Virus record (IMG/VR): IMGVR_UViG_3300031998_000006
Location: 151,311-215,310 of that record
DNA length: 64,000 bases
Reading direction: 5' to 3' (one strand)
Source of the DNA: a virus
Taxonomy: Duplodnaviria > Caudoviricetes
Both the position numbers and the translations under genes were made by a program. Each line of letters starts with the position of its first letter. Position 1 is the first letter of the stretch. Below are positions 26,652 to 36,507 of the stretch, in pieces. The notes under the pieces are model-generated. The model was not told the origin of the DNA and ran no database searches. It was given only the letters and a program-made list of their open reading frames with translations.

Positions 26652-27791
26652 CTAGCCCTCTGTAGCCTTGGATTCACAAGAAACGATGCCATCCGGTGCT
26701 TTTTCAGCCGGTAGCATAATATTCTCGATTGTGTCCAAGGATGGCAATGTGCCATCTCCAAATGTAGCAACAATCGTACAACCCTTGCGGTAATTGTCAG
26801 CCCTCTCAAACGAGTGGCAGGACATACATTCATCGCACGGAGATACCATCACGATAAGCCCGTGGTTGTTGCCGATAATGGTGCATTCCGGTCCTTCACA
26901 AGTGACCATCGGAATCTTGTCATACAGCCCGATTTCCTTCAAAGCATCCGTAATGATGAACTTGCAATACTTCCGCAAGGGGTACTTGATAGGAATGGTA
27001 AGGTAGTTGTCGAACGGCATCACAAACTTTCGGGCAGCCTTGTACAAGTCCTCAAACTCTTCAAGGAACGAGTTGCATTCGTCCTTGCAGATGAACCCAA
27101 CCTGGATTTCCTTAATAGTTGGACGGAGGTCATCGAGAATGAATGCAAGCGAGTAGGCGAGGGCCGGCTGAATCTTGTAACCGCTGACATTGCACCCATA
27201 GTCGATGTGGGAGATGGGAGTGATGGCACGGCAGATTTTGTTCTTGTACTTCCTACGGAGTAGCAAGAGGGCATATTCTGCAAGCACCCACATTCCATCC
27301 ATATATTCGTTCACGCCCAGACGGATGGGTAGAATCGTTTCGCCCCTTTCGGCAGCCTTTGCCATCAACAAGATGGAATCGTAGCCACCGCTATAGCAGA
27401 TGCCCACGCACGAATCCGGGGCGGTTGGAGTAGGGGCATAGAGGGATGAGTCCGTTTCGTGAATGTCCGAAAGCAATCTCTTGACCCTTCGCTCATCGTC
27501 AACCGAAAGGGTACGATACTTCTTATCGTCATCGGGATTTTCGCCATTCAATGCATTCACTAGGATGTACGGATTCCTTCTGCATTTCAGGTCCAAATAG
27601 CCGAATGCATCAGAGGTAAATTGCTGTTCATACAGAATAGGCTTTGGTTTCGCCACAGCCTGCTCCAAGGGCTTCATAGGAATCGGTACTTTGCATTCTG
27701 TTGCGGGGATGAGGGCTTCCTTGCGAAGATTCATCCTCCGTTCCTTCATAGTTTCAAAGGCTCTCTTTCTTGCCGGTGATTTCATAGACAT
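26652..27791 (-). CDS. QueC-like PP-loop ATPase
   Basis: YSGGYDS PP-loop; C-terminal TC...PCDECMSC zinc motif. Confidence 0.7.
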   Translation of the reverse strand: MSMKSPARKRAFETMKERRMNLRKEALIPATECKVPIPMKPLEQAVAKPKPILYEQQFTSDAFGYLDLKCRRNPYILVNALNGENPDDDKKYRTLSVDDERRVKRLLSDIHETDSSLYAPTPTAPDSCVGICYSGGYDSILLMAKAAERGETILPIRLGVNEYMDGMWVLAEYALLLLRRKYKNKICRAITPISHIDYGCNVSGYKIQPALAYSLAFILDDLRPTIKEIQVGFICKDECNSFLEEFEDLYKAARKFVMPFDNYLTIPIKYPLRKYCKFIITDALKEIGLYDKIPMVTCEGPECTIIGNNHGLIVMVSPCDECMSCHSFERADNYRKGCTIVATFGDGTLPSLDTIENIMLPAEKAPDGIVSCESKATEG

Positions 27792-28327
27792 TAGGCTGAT
27801 TCCTTCTGCTTGGCATATTCCTGGAGGGCAAGGAGTGCCGCACCCTCACCATTATCCCTATCGTACAGACGGGGGCTAAAAGATTCCGCATTTTCCGGCA
27901 ACTTGACCTTAATGACTCGCCCCTTCACATAGTCGGCATAGTCATAGCCATCAAGCTGTTCGTGGGCTTCTTTGAGAGTGAGGTTTTCTGGGGTAAAGTG
28001 CAAGATTCCGAGTCCGAGGGGCTTGGACTTGTTGTACAATGCACAGAGGACTTCGTAGCGGTCAAGACCCATAGCCTTGAAATTGATTTCTTCCATAATC
28101 TGTTCCTTCATAGATTGGATTCGGGTGTTTACATTATTGACGATTTCTCGTACAGTCTTTTCAAAGCGGTGTTTCCAGCGGTAATTCTTGAAGAACCACA
28201 TCTTACGCATTTCCTTGTGGATTTCCGCAAGTTTGATGGCTTCGTAAGAATACCAAGCACCATCCTCCTTGCGTTCATCGTACCAATCCAGAAACCGCTT
28301 GTAGGAAATATATGTGTACTTCATCAT
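27791..28327 (-). CDS. Hypothetical phage protein
   Basis: Motifs ALYN.S.P.G.G and DY..GR...YDRDNG.G. Confidence 0.6.
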   Translation of the reverse strand: MMKYTYISYKRFLDWYDERKEDGAWYSYEAIKLAEIHKEMRKMWFFKNYRWKHRFEKTVREIVNNVNTRIQSMKEQIMEEINFKAMGLDRYEVLCALYNKSKPLGLGILHFTPENLTLKEAHEQLDGYDYADYVKGRVIKVKLPENAESFSPRLYDRDNGEGAALLALQEYAKQKESA

Positions 28328-28995
28328 TCCTTGCCCCCTTCAATGGAGGGTGTGACACTTGTAGAATCTTCGTTCATAAGGCACTTGACCCCGTAATCGC
28401 CAAGACGGAGTTCGGCATAGGCATTGATTTCGGCTTTAGCCTTGACCACTATCTTTTCCATATCCTCACGGAAACGGTCGTGGGCATACTGAATATCGGA
28501 CGGGGCATTCTCACGGAAGCACTTCATAGAATTAAGAAGTTCCTTCATCTGTGACTTGCCCATCGTCTTGCCCGAATTGAGGACCTGTTCAATCGTGTCC
28601 TCAAACCGCTTGATGCCGGTCTTGAAGTTCTCGAACTTCGCCTTGATATGTTCGCCATACTCTTCGGAGAGATTGCGGATTTCAACCCTGGACATACTCT
28701 TGCCGTTCAATCGGGTAATCGTGCAAGGCACACCATCATCCACGTGACCTGCGGTAAGAAATTCAGCCCATTGAATAGGAGTCATTTCAACTTCGATAAT
28801 AGCGGGGTGCTTTCCGTGGATGTGCTGGTCGGTAGGAGTTCCACCCATATCGGACACAACGGCATTGCAGATTCGAATATAGACGGGCGAATCCGTCTTG
28901 ATTTCCGAACCGAACATAGGCTGGGGAGCGCCACATTGCAGACGACCCCAAGTAATCACACCCATATAGTCTTTTTCGTATTCAGCATCGTGCAT
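28324..28995 (-). CDS. Hypothetical phage protein
   Basis: IIEVEMTPIQWAEF...GVPCTI motif. Confidence 0.7.
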   Translation of the reverse strand: MHDAEYEKDYMGVITWGRLQCGAPQPMFGSEIKTDSPVYIRICNAVVSDMGGTPTDQHIHGKHPAIIEVEMTPIQWAEFLTAGHVDDGVPCTITRLNGKSMSRVEIRNLSEEYGEHIKAKFENFKTGIKRFEDTIEQVLNSGKTMGKSQMKELLNSMKCFRENAPSDIQYAHDRFREDMEKIVVKAKAEINAYAELRLGDYGVKCLMNEDSTSVTPSIEGGKE

Positions 28996-29015
28996 AAGTA
29001 CCTCGATTGTTTTAA

Positions 29016-29537
29016 TTATTTCGTTACTCCGTTCATCACGGCATAGGCAATCTTCTGTGCATACTCAAGCGGAGAGTTGTAGCTGCTGATTTCGCTGATA
29101 GGCGTGAGTTTCCAACCCACCTTGATATTGCTCAAATCGGTGGGCTTCTTGGAGTAATAGGTGCGTGCAGAGTAGTTCCACTTACGGCTATCAAAGTCGA
29201 AGGTGGCTTCCACATAGAAACACGAAGAGTTACGACCCTTCCACATCACTCGCCAGACCTTGCGTTCCGGGTCATTGGACCCGATGCTCTCCAGTTCTTC
29301 CTTGGAGAGCATTTCGCCCTTCAAGGCTTCCGAGAAGAACATCTTTCCGGTCAGCACATCAAATTCAACGGGGTTATAGTGAACCTTGAGCAAATCTTCT
29401 ATGCGGTTAACGGCACGGAACAGGACATCCTGTTCCTGCACGGTCAAGGACTTGTTCCCGTTCCTTTCGTCAAGGAGTTCTTGAGCCTTGGCGAGAAGTA
29501 AGTCGGCGACATTCTTGGAAATCTTTTCTGTAGGCAT
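29016..29537 (-). CDS. Hypothetical early protein
   Basis: Follows a promoter and the CAACCAC..CCGAGGA leader. Confidence 0.7.
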   Translation of the reverse strand: MPTEKISKNVADLLLAKAQELLDERNGNKSLTVQEQDVLFRAVNRIEDLLKVHYNPVEFDVLTGKMFFSEALKGEMLSKEELESIGSNDPERKVWRVMWKGRNSSCFYVEATFDFDSRKWNYSARTYYSKKPTDLSNIKVGWKLTPISEISSYNSPLEYAQKIAYAVMNGVTK

Positions 29538-29577
29538 TTTGCTATCCTCGGTAAAATGTGGTTGTCTTTGTACCCTA

Positions 29578-29606
29578 AATATAACACTTTATCTATTAAG
29601 TGTCAA
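29578..29606 (-). promoter_or_regulatory. Strong sigma70-like promoter
   Basis: TTGACA-17-TATATT. Confidence 0.75.
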
Positions 29607-29635
29607 TAGCAAATCGTAAAAATTTCCAACTTTTT

Positions 29636-30727
29636 TTACTTGAGGGCTTCAAATTCTTCGGGATAGGCTTTGCGGATGGCGTCTTCGCTGATGGTATAGG
29701 GCATAATTCCATCCTCCGCATAGAACTTCGTGAGCTTTGCGGATGCGTCGGGGTATCGTGCCATAATCGTACCGATGTCCGAATCGGGCTTCTCGCCATA
29801 AGATGTGGCAAGTTTCCTTGTTGCACACTTGATTCGTAAGTCATAGAGTTCGCCACGGGTCTTGGGCTTCGGTTTCTGCTCCGCAATGACCTTCGAAAAA
29901 CCGGATTCCACCGCTTCCTTCTGTGCGGATTCAGCCTGTGCCTTGGCTTCCTCGTAGGACGGTTCCACGATTTCGGCATCCTTGAGGGTGGCTTCCTTGT
30001 CCATATAGTTCCGGGGTACACCTACGAAGTCGGTTTCCACAACTGGGGGTTCTTCGGAAGTGGTGGGTTCTTCCACGGGCTTTACTTCATCAGCGGTAGT
30101 CTTGATGTCATCCACAACCGGCTGAATGTTTATCTGCATATCAACAAAATGGACGGGGGGCATTACCCGTACATCAATCCTATTATCGTTGGGCTTGATG
30201 TCCACGTCTATCTGTGTACCTTCGGGGTACATACCCTTGAGAGTTTCCTTGATAATATCCCCAGGCTTTTCGGATGTAACAACCTCATCGGACTTTTCCG
30301 CAAGCACCGGCTTAAAGTCCTTGGGAGGATAGTCTTTATACAAGGGGGCGAGTGCTTCCAAGCATTCAGCTTCATTCTTGATTAAGCCACTCGGAGGGGG
30401 CGTCAATATTCCAAGACTCGCGTCGGATGTGTCTTCCGAAACCTCTGCCACCTTCTCGCATTCAGCATCCTCATCGGTCCCGAGAATCTGGTGGAGTCTT
30501 TCAATGAGTTCATCGTAAGTGCCATCAAAGGGCTTATAGAGAACCTTGATATTGGTCAGCTCCACCATACCCTTGTCAGCCTTGGATTCATCATAGGAAA
30601 GCCCGTACACGGGAAAGAAACGGGTCTTGACCTTACCGCTCTCGGATTCCGTACCCTTGACTTCGGACTTGTAGTTGGCACGGGCGAGGTAGCGGAGTTG
30701 CTTGGATTGCTTTTTCGTGATAATCAA
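29636..30727 (-). CDS. Hypothetical acidic protein
   Basis: 363 aa ORF. Confidence 0.7.
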   Translation of the reverse strand: MIITKKQSKQLRYLARANYKSEVKGTESESGKVKTRFFPVYGLSYDESKADKGMVELTNIKVLYKPFDGTYDELIERLHQILGTDEDAECEKVAEVSEDTSDASLGILTPPPSGLIKNEAECLEALAPLYKDYPPKDFKPVLAEKSDEVVTSEKPGDIIKETLKGMYPEGTQIDVDIKPNDNRIDVRVMPPVHFVDMQINIQPVVDDIKTTADEVKPVEEPTTSEEPPVVETDFVGVPRNYMDKEATLKDAEIVEPSYEEAKAQAESAQKEAVESGFSKVIAEQKPKPKTRGELYDLRIKCATRKLATSYGEKPDSDIGTIMARYPDASAKLTKFYAEDGIMPYTISEDAIRKAYPEEFEALK

Positions 30728-30972
30728 AATGTACCTCTCATACTCAAATATAGCGATTGACTAGCCGTTCGGGAGAACCGGAACTTCCAGCCACCATTTA
30801 ACGGGTGCCTGGATGTACTTGCCTATCTGTGGGCAGAACACATTGAACCTATGTGATTCCCTATCGAACTGACCGAGAACGGGTTCCGTGCATCCCTCTA
30901 GGATAAGCAAATAACCCAGCGGATTCGGGTAGCTAGGGCGAACTTCCTTGAACAGCTTCCATTTCATACAGG

Positions 30973-31404
30973 CTACTCCTTCTCCACGATGACCTTGGGT
31001 GTGAACATCGCAACATCCTTGGGGTTTCGACCGTAGAATTGCTGTAGGGTCAATCGCTTGTGGTACTGGTGCAATCGGTGTGCCACTCGCTTCCAGATGT
31101 GTTCCCAATCTACGGGCGCTCTACAGTTCGGACAAGACATTACATCTATAACTACCTTGCCATGGACATCGTAGCCAGTGTGTGCCGTAGTAATGTCAGC
31201 AGCCAAAACACGATAGTAACGGGCTTCGGCATTAGCCCAATTTTCACGAGCCTTGATACGGATGAGCTTGTTGTTCAGTTCAGCGGTTGCCTTTTCGGAC
31301 TCGATGGTATTTACCATCTCACGGATGGCATAAGCCTGCTCAAGAAATGTGCCGGACATTTCAAGGAACTTTTCCATCTTTTCGAAAAGCGTCTTGTTTT
31401 CCAT
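30973..31404 (-). CDS. Hypothetical protein
   Basis: GAGGA RBS; CxxC motif. Confidence 0.65.
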   Translation of the reverse strand: MENKTLFEKMEKFLEMSGTFLEQAYAIREMVNTIESEKATAELNNKLIRIKARENWANAEARYYRVLAADITTAHTGYDVHGKVVIDVMSCPNCRAPVDWEHIWKRVAHRLHQYHKRLTLQQFYGRNPKDVAMFTPKVIVEKE

Positions 31405-31405
31405 A

Positions 31406-31630
31406 TTATCCTCGCTTTTGTTTCAAGAGTAGGTTCAAGCATTCCAGTAGGCTAGACTGCTCAAACGTAATATGCTCATCAATGAACTTATCGACCTCTC
31501 TCCAGTCAATATTGTAATAGGAACGAATCCACGAATAAGCGGAGGGTTCGTCCTCACAGAAATGAACGAGGATGTTGTCATTATCCTCGGAAGCCTTTTC
31601 GTGGTAATAGACTGCTATCAACTTGAACAT
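31406..31630 (-). CDS. Hypothetical protein
   Basis: ORF within the operon. Confidence 0.55.
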   Translation of the reverse strand: MFKLIAVYYHEKASEDNDNILVHFCEDEPSAYSWIRSYYNIDWREVDKFIDEHITFEQSSLLECLNLLLKQKRG

Positions 31631-31644
31631 AGTGCTAAATTCCT

Positions 31645-31881
31645 TTAATCAGGCATCGTGTCCGTATAGAGATTGGTAACATCTTTCTTAATGATAGTTA
31701 AGATATGGTCATCCGGGAGCAATTTCAGCCATTGTTCTAGAACAAACTCGGCTTCCTTATATGAAGAAAACCATTCGAGGAGTTCCGAACAACATACACC
31801 CCTTTTATGAAGAACCCTACCCATAGTTCTATCATAAGCGGCATATTCGGAATATTGCTGTTTGGGAATGTTGGCTTTCAT
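31645..31881 (-). CDS. Hypothetical protein
   Basis: ORF within the operon. Confidence 0.55.
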   Translation of the reverse strand: MKANIPKQQYSEYAAYDRTMGRVLHKRGVCCSELLEWFSSYKEAEFVLEQWLKLLPDDHILTIIKKDVTNLYTDTMPD

Positions 31882-32171
31882 ACAAACACCCTAGTCGAAG
31901 TACCCAAGTTCTGCCACAGCATCCATTACCAACTTCACTTGGTAGGCATAGCAATATCCCTCAAGACAAACCATAGTGCTACGGTCGCCATACTTGACAT
32001 GGATGTAGAGATGCGGATTCTTCTTGAACTGGAAGTTATCGGGATTCCACTTCATTTCACGGATGAGGTCGGCAACGAACACCGTGATGGTGGGTGGTGT
32101 GTAGATACCACCTACAACTTTAGTATGGATGTCTGCAAGTTCTTGTGTCATTTTCATAAGATGTTCCTCGG

Positions 32172-32645
32172 TTAGATGTTTGTGTCCTTGACAAGACGGA
32201 CGGAGAAGCCATGGTTGCCCCAAGCGGTAGCCATAGTGGTGCAATCATCGTTATGGAAGACATAATTGGTGCGGATTTCGTCCGCAAGACCGGTACTCCA
32301 AGTGTAGGAAGCATCGCCCACGAACCAATACCTACCTTCCATGAAATAGCCACACTTGCGGATGTCCATTGCCGGAATAAAGGTAGGATTGTCATTCAAG
32401 AAACGAACAAGTTCCTTGCTTTCCTCAACGGTGGGGAGTCGCCATCCATTCAGCTTCTTTGCAATTCGCTGTGCGGCATCAACGGTGTAGTAGTATTCGT
32501 CCGTCTTGGGATTGTAAGTGATACCTTCTCCGGCATCATTCTCACGGAGATTGTGAGCCATCCATTCGGTATTGCCCACTTTGCAAGTAGAAAAATCATT
32601 AGACATAATCGGCACTCCTTTATTGAACCTTGGCTTCATAGGCAT
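32172..32645 (-). CDS. FISUMP (Fib_succ_major) domain protein
   Basis: KVGNTEWMAHNL, YYY, GWRLPT, GFSVRLVKD. Confidence 0.8.
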   Translation of the reverse strand: MPMKPRFNKGVPIMSNDFSTCKVGNTEWMAHNLRENDAGEGITYNPKTDEYYYTVDAAQRIAKKLNGWRLPTVEESKELVRFLNDNPTFIPAMDIRKCGYFMEGRYWFVGDASYTWSTGLADEIRTNYVFHNDDCTTMATAWGNHGFSVRLVKDTNI

Positions 32646-32901
32646 TTGTCTTGATTTCAGTCAGCACATCAATGAGCCAACCCTTGCCGGAATACAGACG
32701 CTTGGCTTCTTCGTAATGGCGGTCCACGGATGGCATATTTACCTTGCTGACGGTCTTCTCGGTAACAAGAGCCATACGAAGACATTCGAGGGCGTGGAAG
32801 AACGAAGTGTCCTTCAACTTCTCGTCCGTGGTCTTGATTTCTTCTTGAATTTGCTTCAAAGCGGAGATAATCTGTTGCTTGGAGATTTGGGCTATTGCCA
32901 T
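32620..32901 (-). CDS. Hypothetical early protein
   Basis: Follows a promoter and the shared leader. Confidence 0.65.
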   Translation of the reverse strand: MAIAQISKQQIISALKQIQEEIKTTDEKLKDTSFFHALECLRMALVTEKTVSKVNMPSVDRHYEEAKRLYSGKGWLIDVLTEIKTNAYEAKVQ

Positions 32902-32941
32902 TGAACTATCCTCGGCTGTGGTTGGTTGTCTTTGTACTCCA

Positions 32942-32969
32942 AATATAACAAAATATCTGTTGCCGTCAA
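32942..32969 (-). promoter_or_regulatory. Sigma70-like promoter
   Basis: TTGACG-16-TATATT. Confidence 0.6.
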
Positions 32970-33002
32970 CAGATATTCGTAAAATAGTATGTTACATTTT
33001 TC

Positions 33003-34286
33003 TTACAAAAGGCAAGTGTCCTTGGAGAGCGGTCTGCCACAGACGGGGCAGGCAACACCCTCGATAGATGCATAGGCATCGTCAAGGTAGTCCTTGCAGT
33101 CCGCAATAGTTGTGGTCACGGAGTTGTATTCACGGACCGAACGGACGAGGGCTGACATATCCTTGCTAGTCCATCGGCACGGCTTCGGCTCTTCCAGCTT
33201 TGACAGCTTACGGAGTGCCAAATCCACGGACACTTCGGAATTGAGGATTTCCTTGTAGTTCTTGATGGAGCGTTGCATCGGGATGAGCTTGCCCTCCCAC
33301 TTGCACGGTTTCGGTTCTTCAAGACCGGCAAGTTCCTTGAGGTACTTCGTACATTCGGCAGTGGATGTGGATGTAGAACGATACTCACGAACCGAGCGGA
33401 CAATGGCTGACATATCCTTTTCCGTATGCTTCGGGGGTTCGGGCAGTTTAAGGGCTTCCACCTTGCGAATTGCCGGGTAAACCCTAGCGAGAACCTTGCA
33501 AGTATTGATGTAGGAATCCAATGCACGGATAGCCGATTCCTTGTTGTAGATGATAACGGAGCGGTCCCCGCTGACAAGCCATTCGGGAATATCAGGATAG
33601 TTGCGGATAGCCTTGTAGTCCATAATCAGCTTGGACAGGGCTTCAATGCGGTGGGTAAGGCTGTTAATGGTAGGCTCTTCGTCCGTAGCTTTCTTGAGAA
33701 GGTCTTCCGCTGACTCCACCCATTCGTAGGAACTGACCTCTTTCGTGAGGGCATCCACGGAATCCTTCGTTTCTTCAAGGGTTGCGGAGGTATCTGCAAC
33801 ATTCCTCTTGGCGATGGAGAGGATTTCGTCCACGCACTCAAGACCTGCGAGGGAGTTGAGGTACTGGGATGCTTCGCCGGGGGTGGCTGCGAGAAGGAAA
33901 GGAGCATCCATCTGCCGTTGAACGGATGCATCGGCAAGATTGAAAATCTTCGTGACATCATCGGGAACAGCGGTGCGGAGAGCTTCGTACACCTTGCCGT
34001 CCACGATGTAACCATTGAAATCGTTAGAACGCTTTCGCTCAATGATGTGTCCGTCAACTTCCACGATGACGGAGGTGTATTCGTCAGCCTTGAACTTCGT
34101 CTTGTTCTTTGCCCAGTAGGACACATAAGCATCCCCGGACGGAGTGTTGAACAGAACCCAGTACAAGGCACGGAGAACAGCGGTCTTACCACTGTTGGAG
34201 TTGCCCGAAAGCACCGTGGAACGACCAAGGTCAAGGTCTAGGTGCTTATGGCATTGAAAGTTGTGAATGGTAATTCTTGAAATCAA
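33003..34286 (-). CDS. SbcC/Rad50/gp46-like ATPase, N-terminal half
   Basis: I.NFQCH, Walker A GNSNSGKT, Q-loop, coiled coil; ends at the Zn hook CPVCG. Confidence 0.88.
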   Translation of the reverse strand: MISRITIHNFQCHKHLDLDLGRSTVLSGNSNSGKTAVLRALYWVLFNTPSGDAYVSYWAKNKTKFKADEYTSVIVEVDGHIIERKRSNDFNGYIVDGKVYEALRTAVPDDVTKIFNLADASVQRQMDAPFLLAATPGEASQYLNSLAGLECVDEILSIAKRNVADTSATLEETKDSVDALTKEVSSYEWVESAEDLLKKATDEEPTINSLTHRIEALSKLIMDYKAIRNYPDIPEWLVSGDRSVIIYNKESAIRALDSYINTCKVLARVYPAIRKVEALKLPEPPKHTEKDMSAIVRSVREYRSTSTSTAECTKYLKELAGLEEPKPCKWEGKLIPMQRSIKNYKEILNSEVSVDLALRKLSKLEEPKPCRWTSKDMSALVRSVREYNSVTTTIADCKDYLDDAYASIEGVACPVCGRPLSKDTCLL

Positions 34287-34322
34287 AATCTGTGTTTCCT
34301 TTTAGTAGGATATACTTGGGAA

Positions 34323-34934
34323 CTAATCTCTGGCGTCACGGACCAAGCGGACACAATACCTACAAGTGTCCGGAACGATATTGGTAACGAACGGGTAGTC
34401 CTTCGTTCCGTTCACGATGTCCACATACTGGCAATCGTTAGGGCGGTCATTGTCGAACAGAAAGGCATTGATATGCTTAAACTTATTCCGGTTGGAATGC
34501 TTGAACAAATTGCTGACATCGTAGAAAGTAGGAACTCGCCATCCGAGCGGAATGGTTGCCACAATTCGCTTTGCCGATTCGAGGGTGTACAGATAGCCAT
34601 ACTCCCCACTCGTAGCGGTAACATCGTCCTTGCCATCGGTAAGGCAAAGGTTGGTGCTTGCCCATTCAAGGTTGCCGATGCGGACGCTCTGCAAAACCAT
34701 GAGAGAAGCCATTTCCCTCACAGTGATTCGTGTAGGCTCAACGTGCTTGGTAGCTTCACGTATCTGTTCGGCTGCTTTCTTGAAGGCTTTCAACGAAAAA
34801 CCGTCATCCTTCCAACGGTTATGGGCTGTTAGCTTGTCTATAGTCTTCTTGCTTTCCTTGGGTATCATAGTTAATCTCCCTTGTCCGCAATGCATAGGTA
34901 GAGCATACCCACCGCACCTAGGACAAACGCACAT
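34323..34934 (-). CDS. FISUMP domain protein
   Basis: VRIGNLEWASTNL, YGYLYT, GWRVPT, VRLVRD; start probably near 34868. Confidence 0.7.
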   Translation of the reverse strand: MCVCPRCGGYALPMHCGQGRLTMIPKESKKTIDKLTAHNRWKDDGFSLKAFKKAAEQIREATKHVEPTRITVREMASLMVLQSVRIGNLEWASTNLCLTDGKDDVTATSGEYGYLYTLESAKRIVATIPLGWRVPTFYDVSNLFKHSNRNKFKHINAFLFDNDRPNDCQYVDIVNGTKDYPFVTNIVPDTCRYCVRLVRDARD

Positions 34935-34973
34935 AAATAAAGTAATGCCTTTTTCAACAACTTGACCATAGTG

Positions 34974-35646
34974 TTACTTTATCGGGGCTATGGCTTCGTA
35001 GGAATAGGCAAAAGTCTTGTGGTCATCCGTATGGCAACCGGCACAGCCATTGAGCCACCCGGCATCCCTAGCCAAGTCTGCCATTATCTTCTCGTTCACG
35101 ACCTTGCGGAGTTCTTCTTCCGTAAGCTCCGCACTACTGGCATTTACCTTGATAGCAAACTCGATGGACATTATGAAATCAATCTTCGATGGCATCCTCA
35201 ATGCACCTCACTAGATTCGGTATCAATAAGCCATTCCTGTTCGGGGAGAACAGTGATAGTCTTCGTAATCTGTTCTAGAGAAACATCCTTGATATGAGCA
35301 TTTCTCTTTGCACCCGTAGCAAAAACACGGGCAGACTTGTAATCGCCAAACTTCTTTTCTCCGCGTTCGTTATAGAACTCGTTGAAATAGGAAACAACAT
35401 ATTCGTTGACGGTATCAGGCATAATGGCTAACCCCTTGGACCTATGCTCTTGTCGAACCAGTCCGATGTAGGAATGATATTGAAACTCTTGCGAACCTCA
35501 TACAAAGAGATGTTCTTGTTTCCAGCCGTTGCAAGACGGTTGGCATTATCCTTTGCGGTCTTGAGGGTATGAAATTCCTCAAACAAATTTTCGTGAGGAA
35601 CATTCACGGATGTCCACTCAAGACGATAGCAGATTTCTTCTCGCAT
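34974..35646 (-). CDS. Three small hypothetical ORFs (34974-35201, 35198-35422, 35428-35646)
   Basis: Closely packed 72-75 aa ORFs. Confidence 0.55.
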
Positions 35647-36224
35647 TAGAAGCTGTACTCCTTGTCAGCATCGATTTCAGTACCAGCAACATCTCCAACC
35701 ATCAGCACTTGCACACCCATCTTTTCTACGAGTGTGGAAAGCACCCTTCCGAGTTCCTTTCGTGGCTTGATGTACTCGCCATCACGGAGATGCTTGAAGG
35801 GTTCGTCCAAGAGAAGCAACGGGCGCTTGCCAGCCAACCTCATACAGCCCACACGGAGGGCGAAGCTGACCGTATCGACAACGCCACCGCCAGAAGAGTC
35901 CAACGGGTTGAGTTCAGCCTTGTCCTTGCAGATACGGAACTCCGCATCCACCTTGCCCCTCTTCGGAACGAAATTCACGTGGAAGGCGTAGCCCGGAAAG
36001 AGCAAGTCGATGCAGTTCTGCACGATGTTCTCCACGGCATCCTTGAGCTGGTCTTGCGTCTTGGATGCAACATCCTGCAAGAGTGCAAGAGCCTTTTTCT
36101 GCTTGTCCAGAGTAATCGTGGAAGCATCCAAGGACTTCCGCTTCGTCGCAAGCGAATCCGTGGCGATGTCCAGTCTTGCACGACCGTTAGACACCTTTTT
36201 CTGTAAATCTTGAATTGAGAGCAT
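35646..36224 (-). CDS. SbcC/Rad50-like ATPase, C-terminal half
   Basis: Coiled coil, signature SSGGG, Walker B LLLLDEPF. Confidence 0.82.
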   Translation of the reverse strand: MLSIQDLQKKVSNGRARLDIATDSLATKRKSLDASTITLDKQKKALALLQDVASKTQDQLKDAVENIVQNCIDLLFPGYAFHVNFVPKRGKVDAEFRICKDKAELNPLDSSGGGVVDTVSFALRVGCMRLAGKRPLLLLDEPFKHLRDGEYIKPRKELGRVLSTLVEKMGVQVLMVGDVAGTEIDADKEYSF

Positions 36225-36467
36225 TTAGACTCCGGCTTCGGTAAGCAACTTGTCCGCTGCGGTAAGGTAGGCTTCCTGTGCGGTCTTGTGTTCTTCAAGT
36301 TCCTTCTGCATCTGTTCCATCAAGTCTTCGGCTTCTTCAAGGGAGGACACATTGAACTCACGCTTCCAGTTTTCCTCGATTGCCTGCTTCTGCCCTTCGG
36401 CTCTGGACTTTTCGCTCTTGAGCTTGTCAATACGGGCCTTGATGTTTTCCAAATCAATAGTTGCCAT
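36225..36467 (-). CDS. Small coiled-coil protein
   Basis: MATIDLENIKARIDKLK...; lies between the sbcD-like and sbcC-like genes. Confidence 0.7.
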   Translation of the reverse strand: MATIDLENIKARIDKLKSEKSRAEGQKQAIEENWKREFNVSSLEEAEDLMEQMQKELEEHKTAQEAYLTAADKLLTEAGV

Positions 36468-36507
36468 AATAGTTTTTCCTTTTGGTTTGTAATTATATAA
36501 ACGGATT

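Noticed and set aside
32172-34934. Diversity-generating retroelement targeting FISUMP domains
   Set aside because: No reverse transcriptase and no template/variable repeat pair seen.
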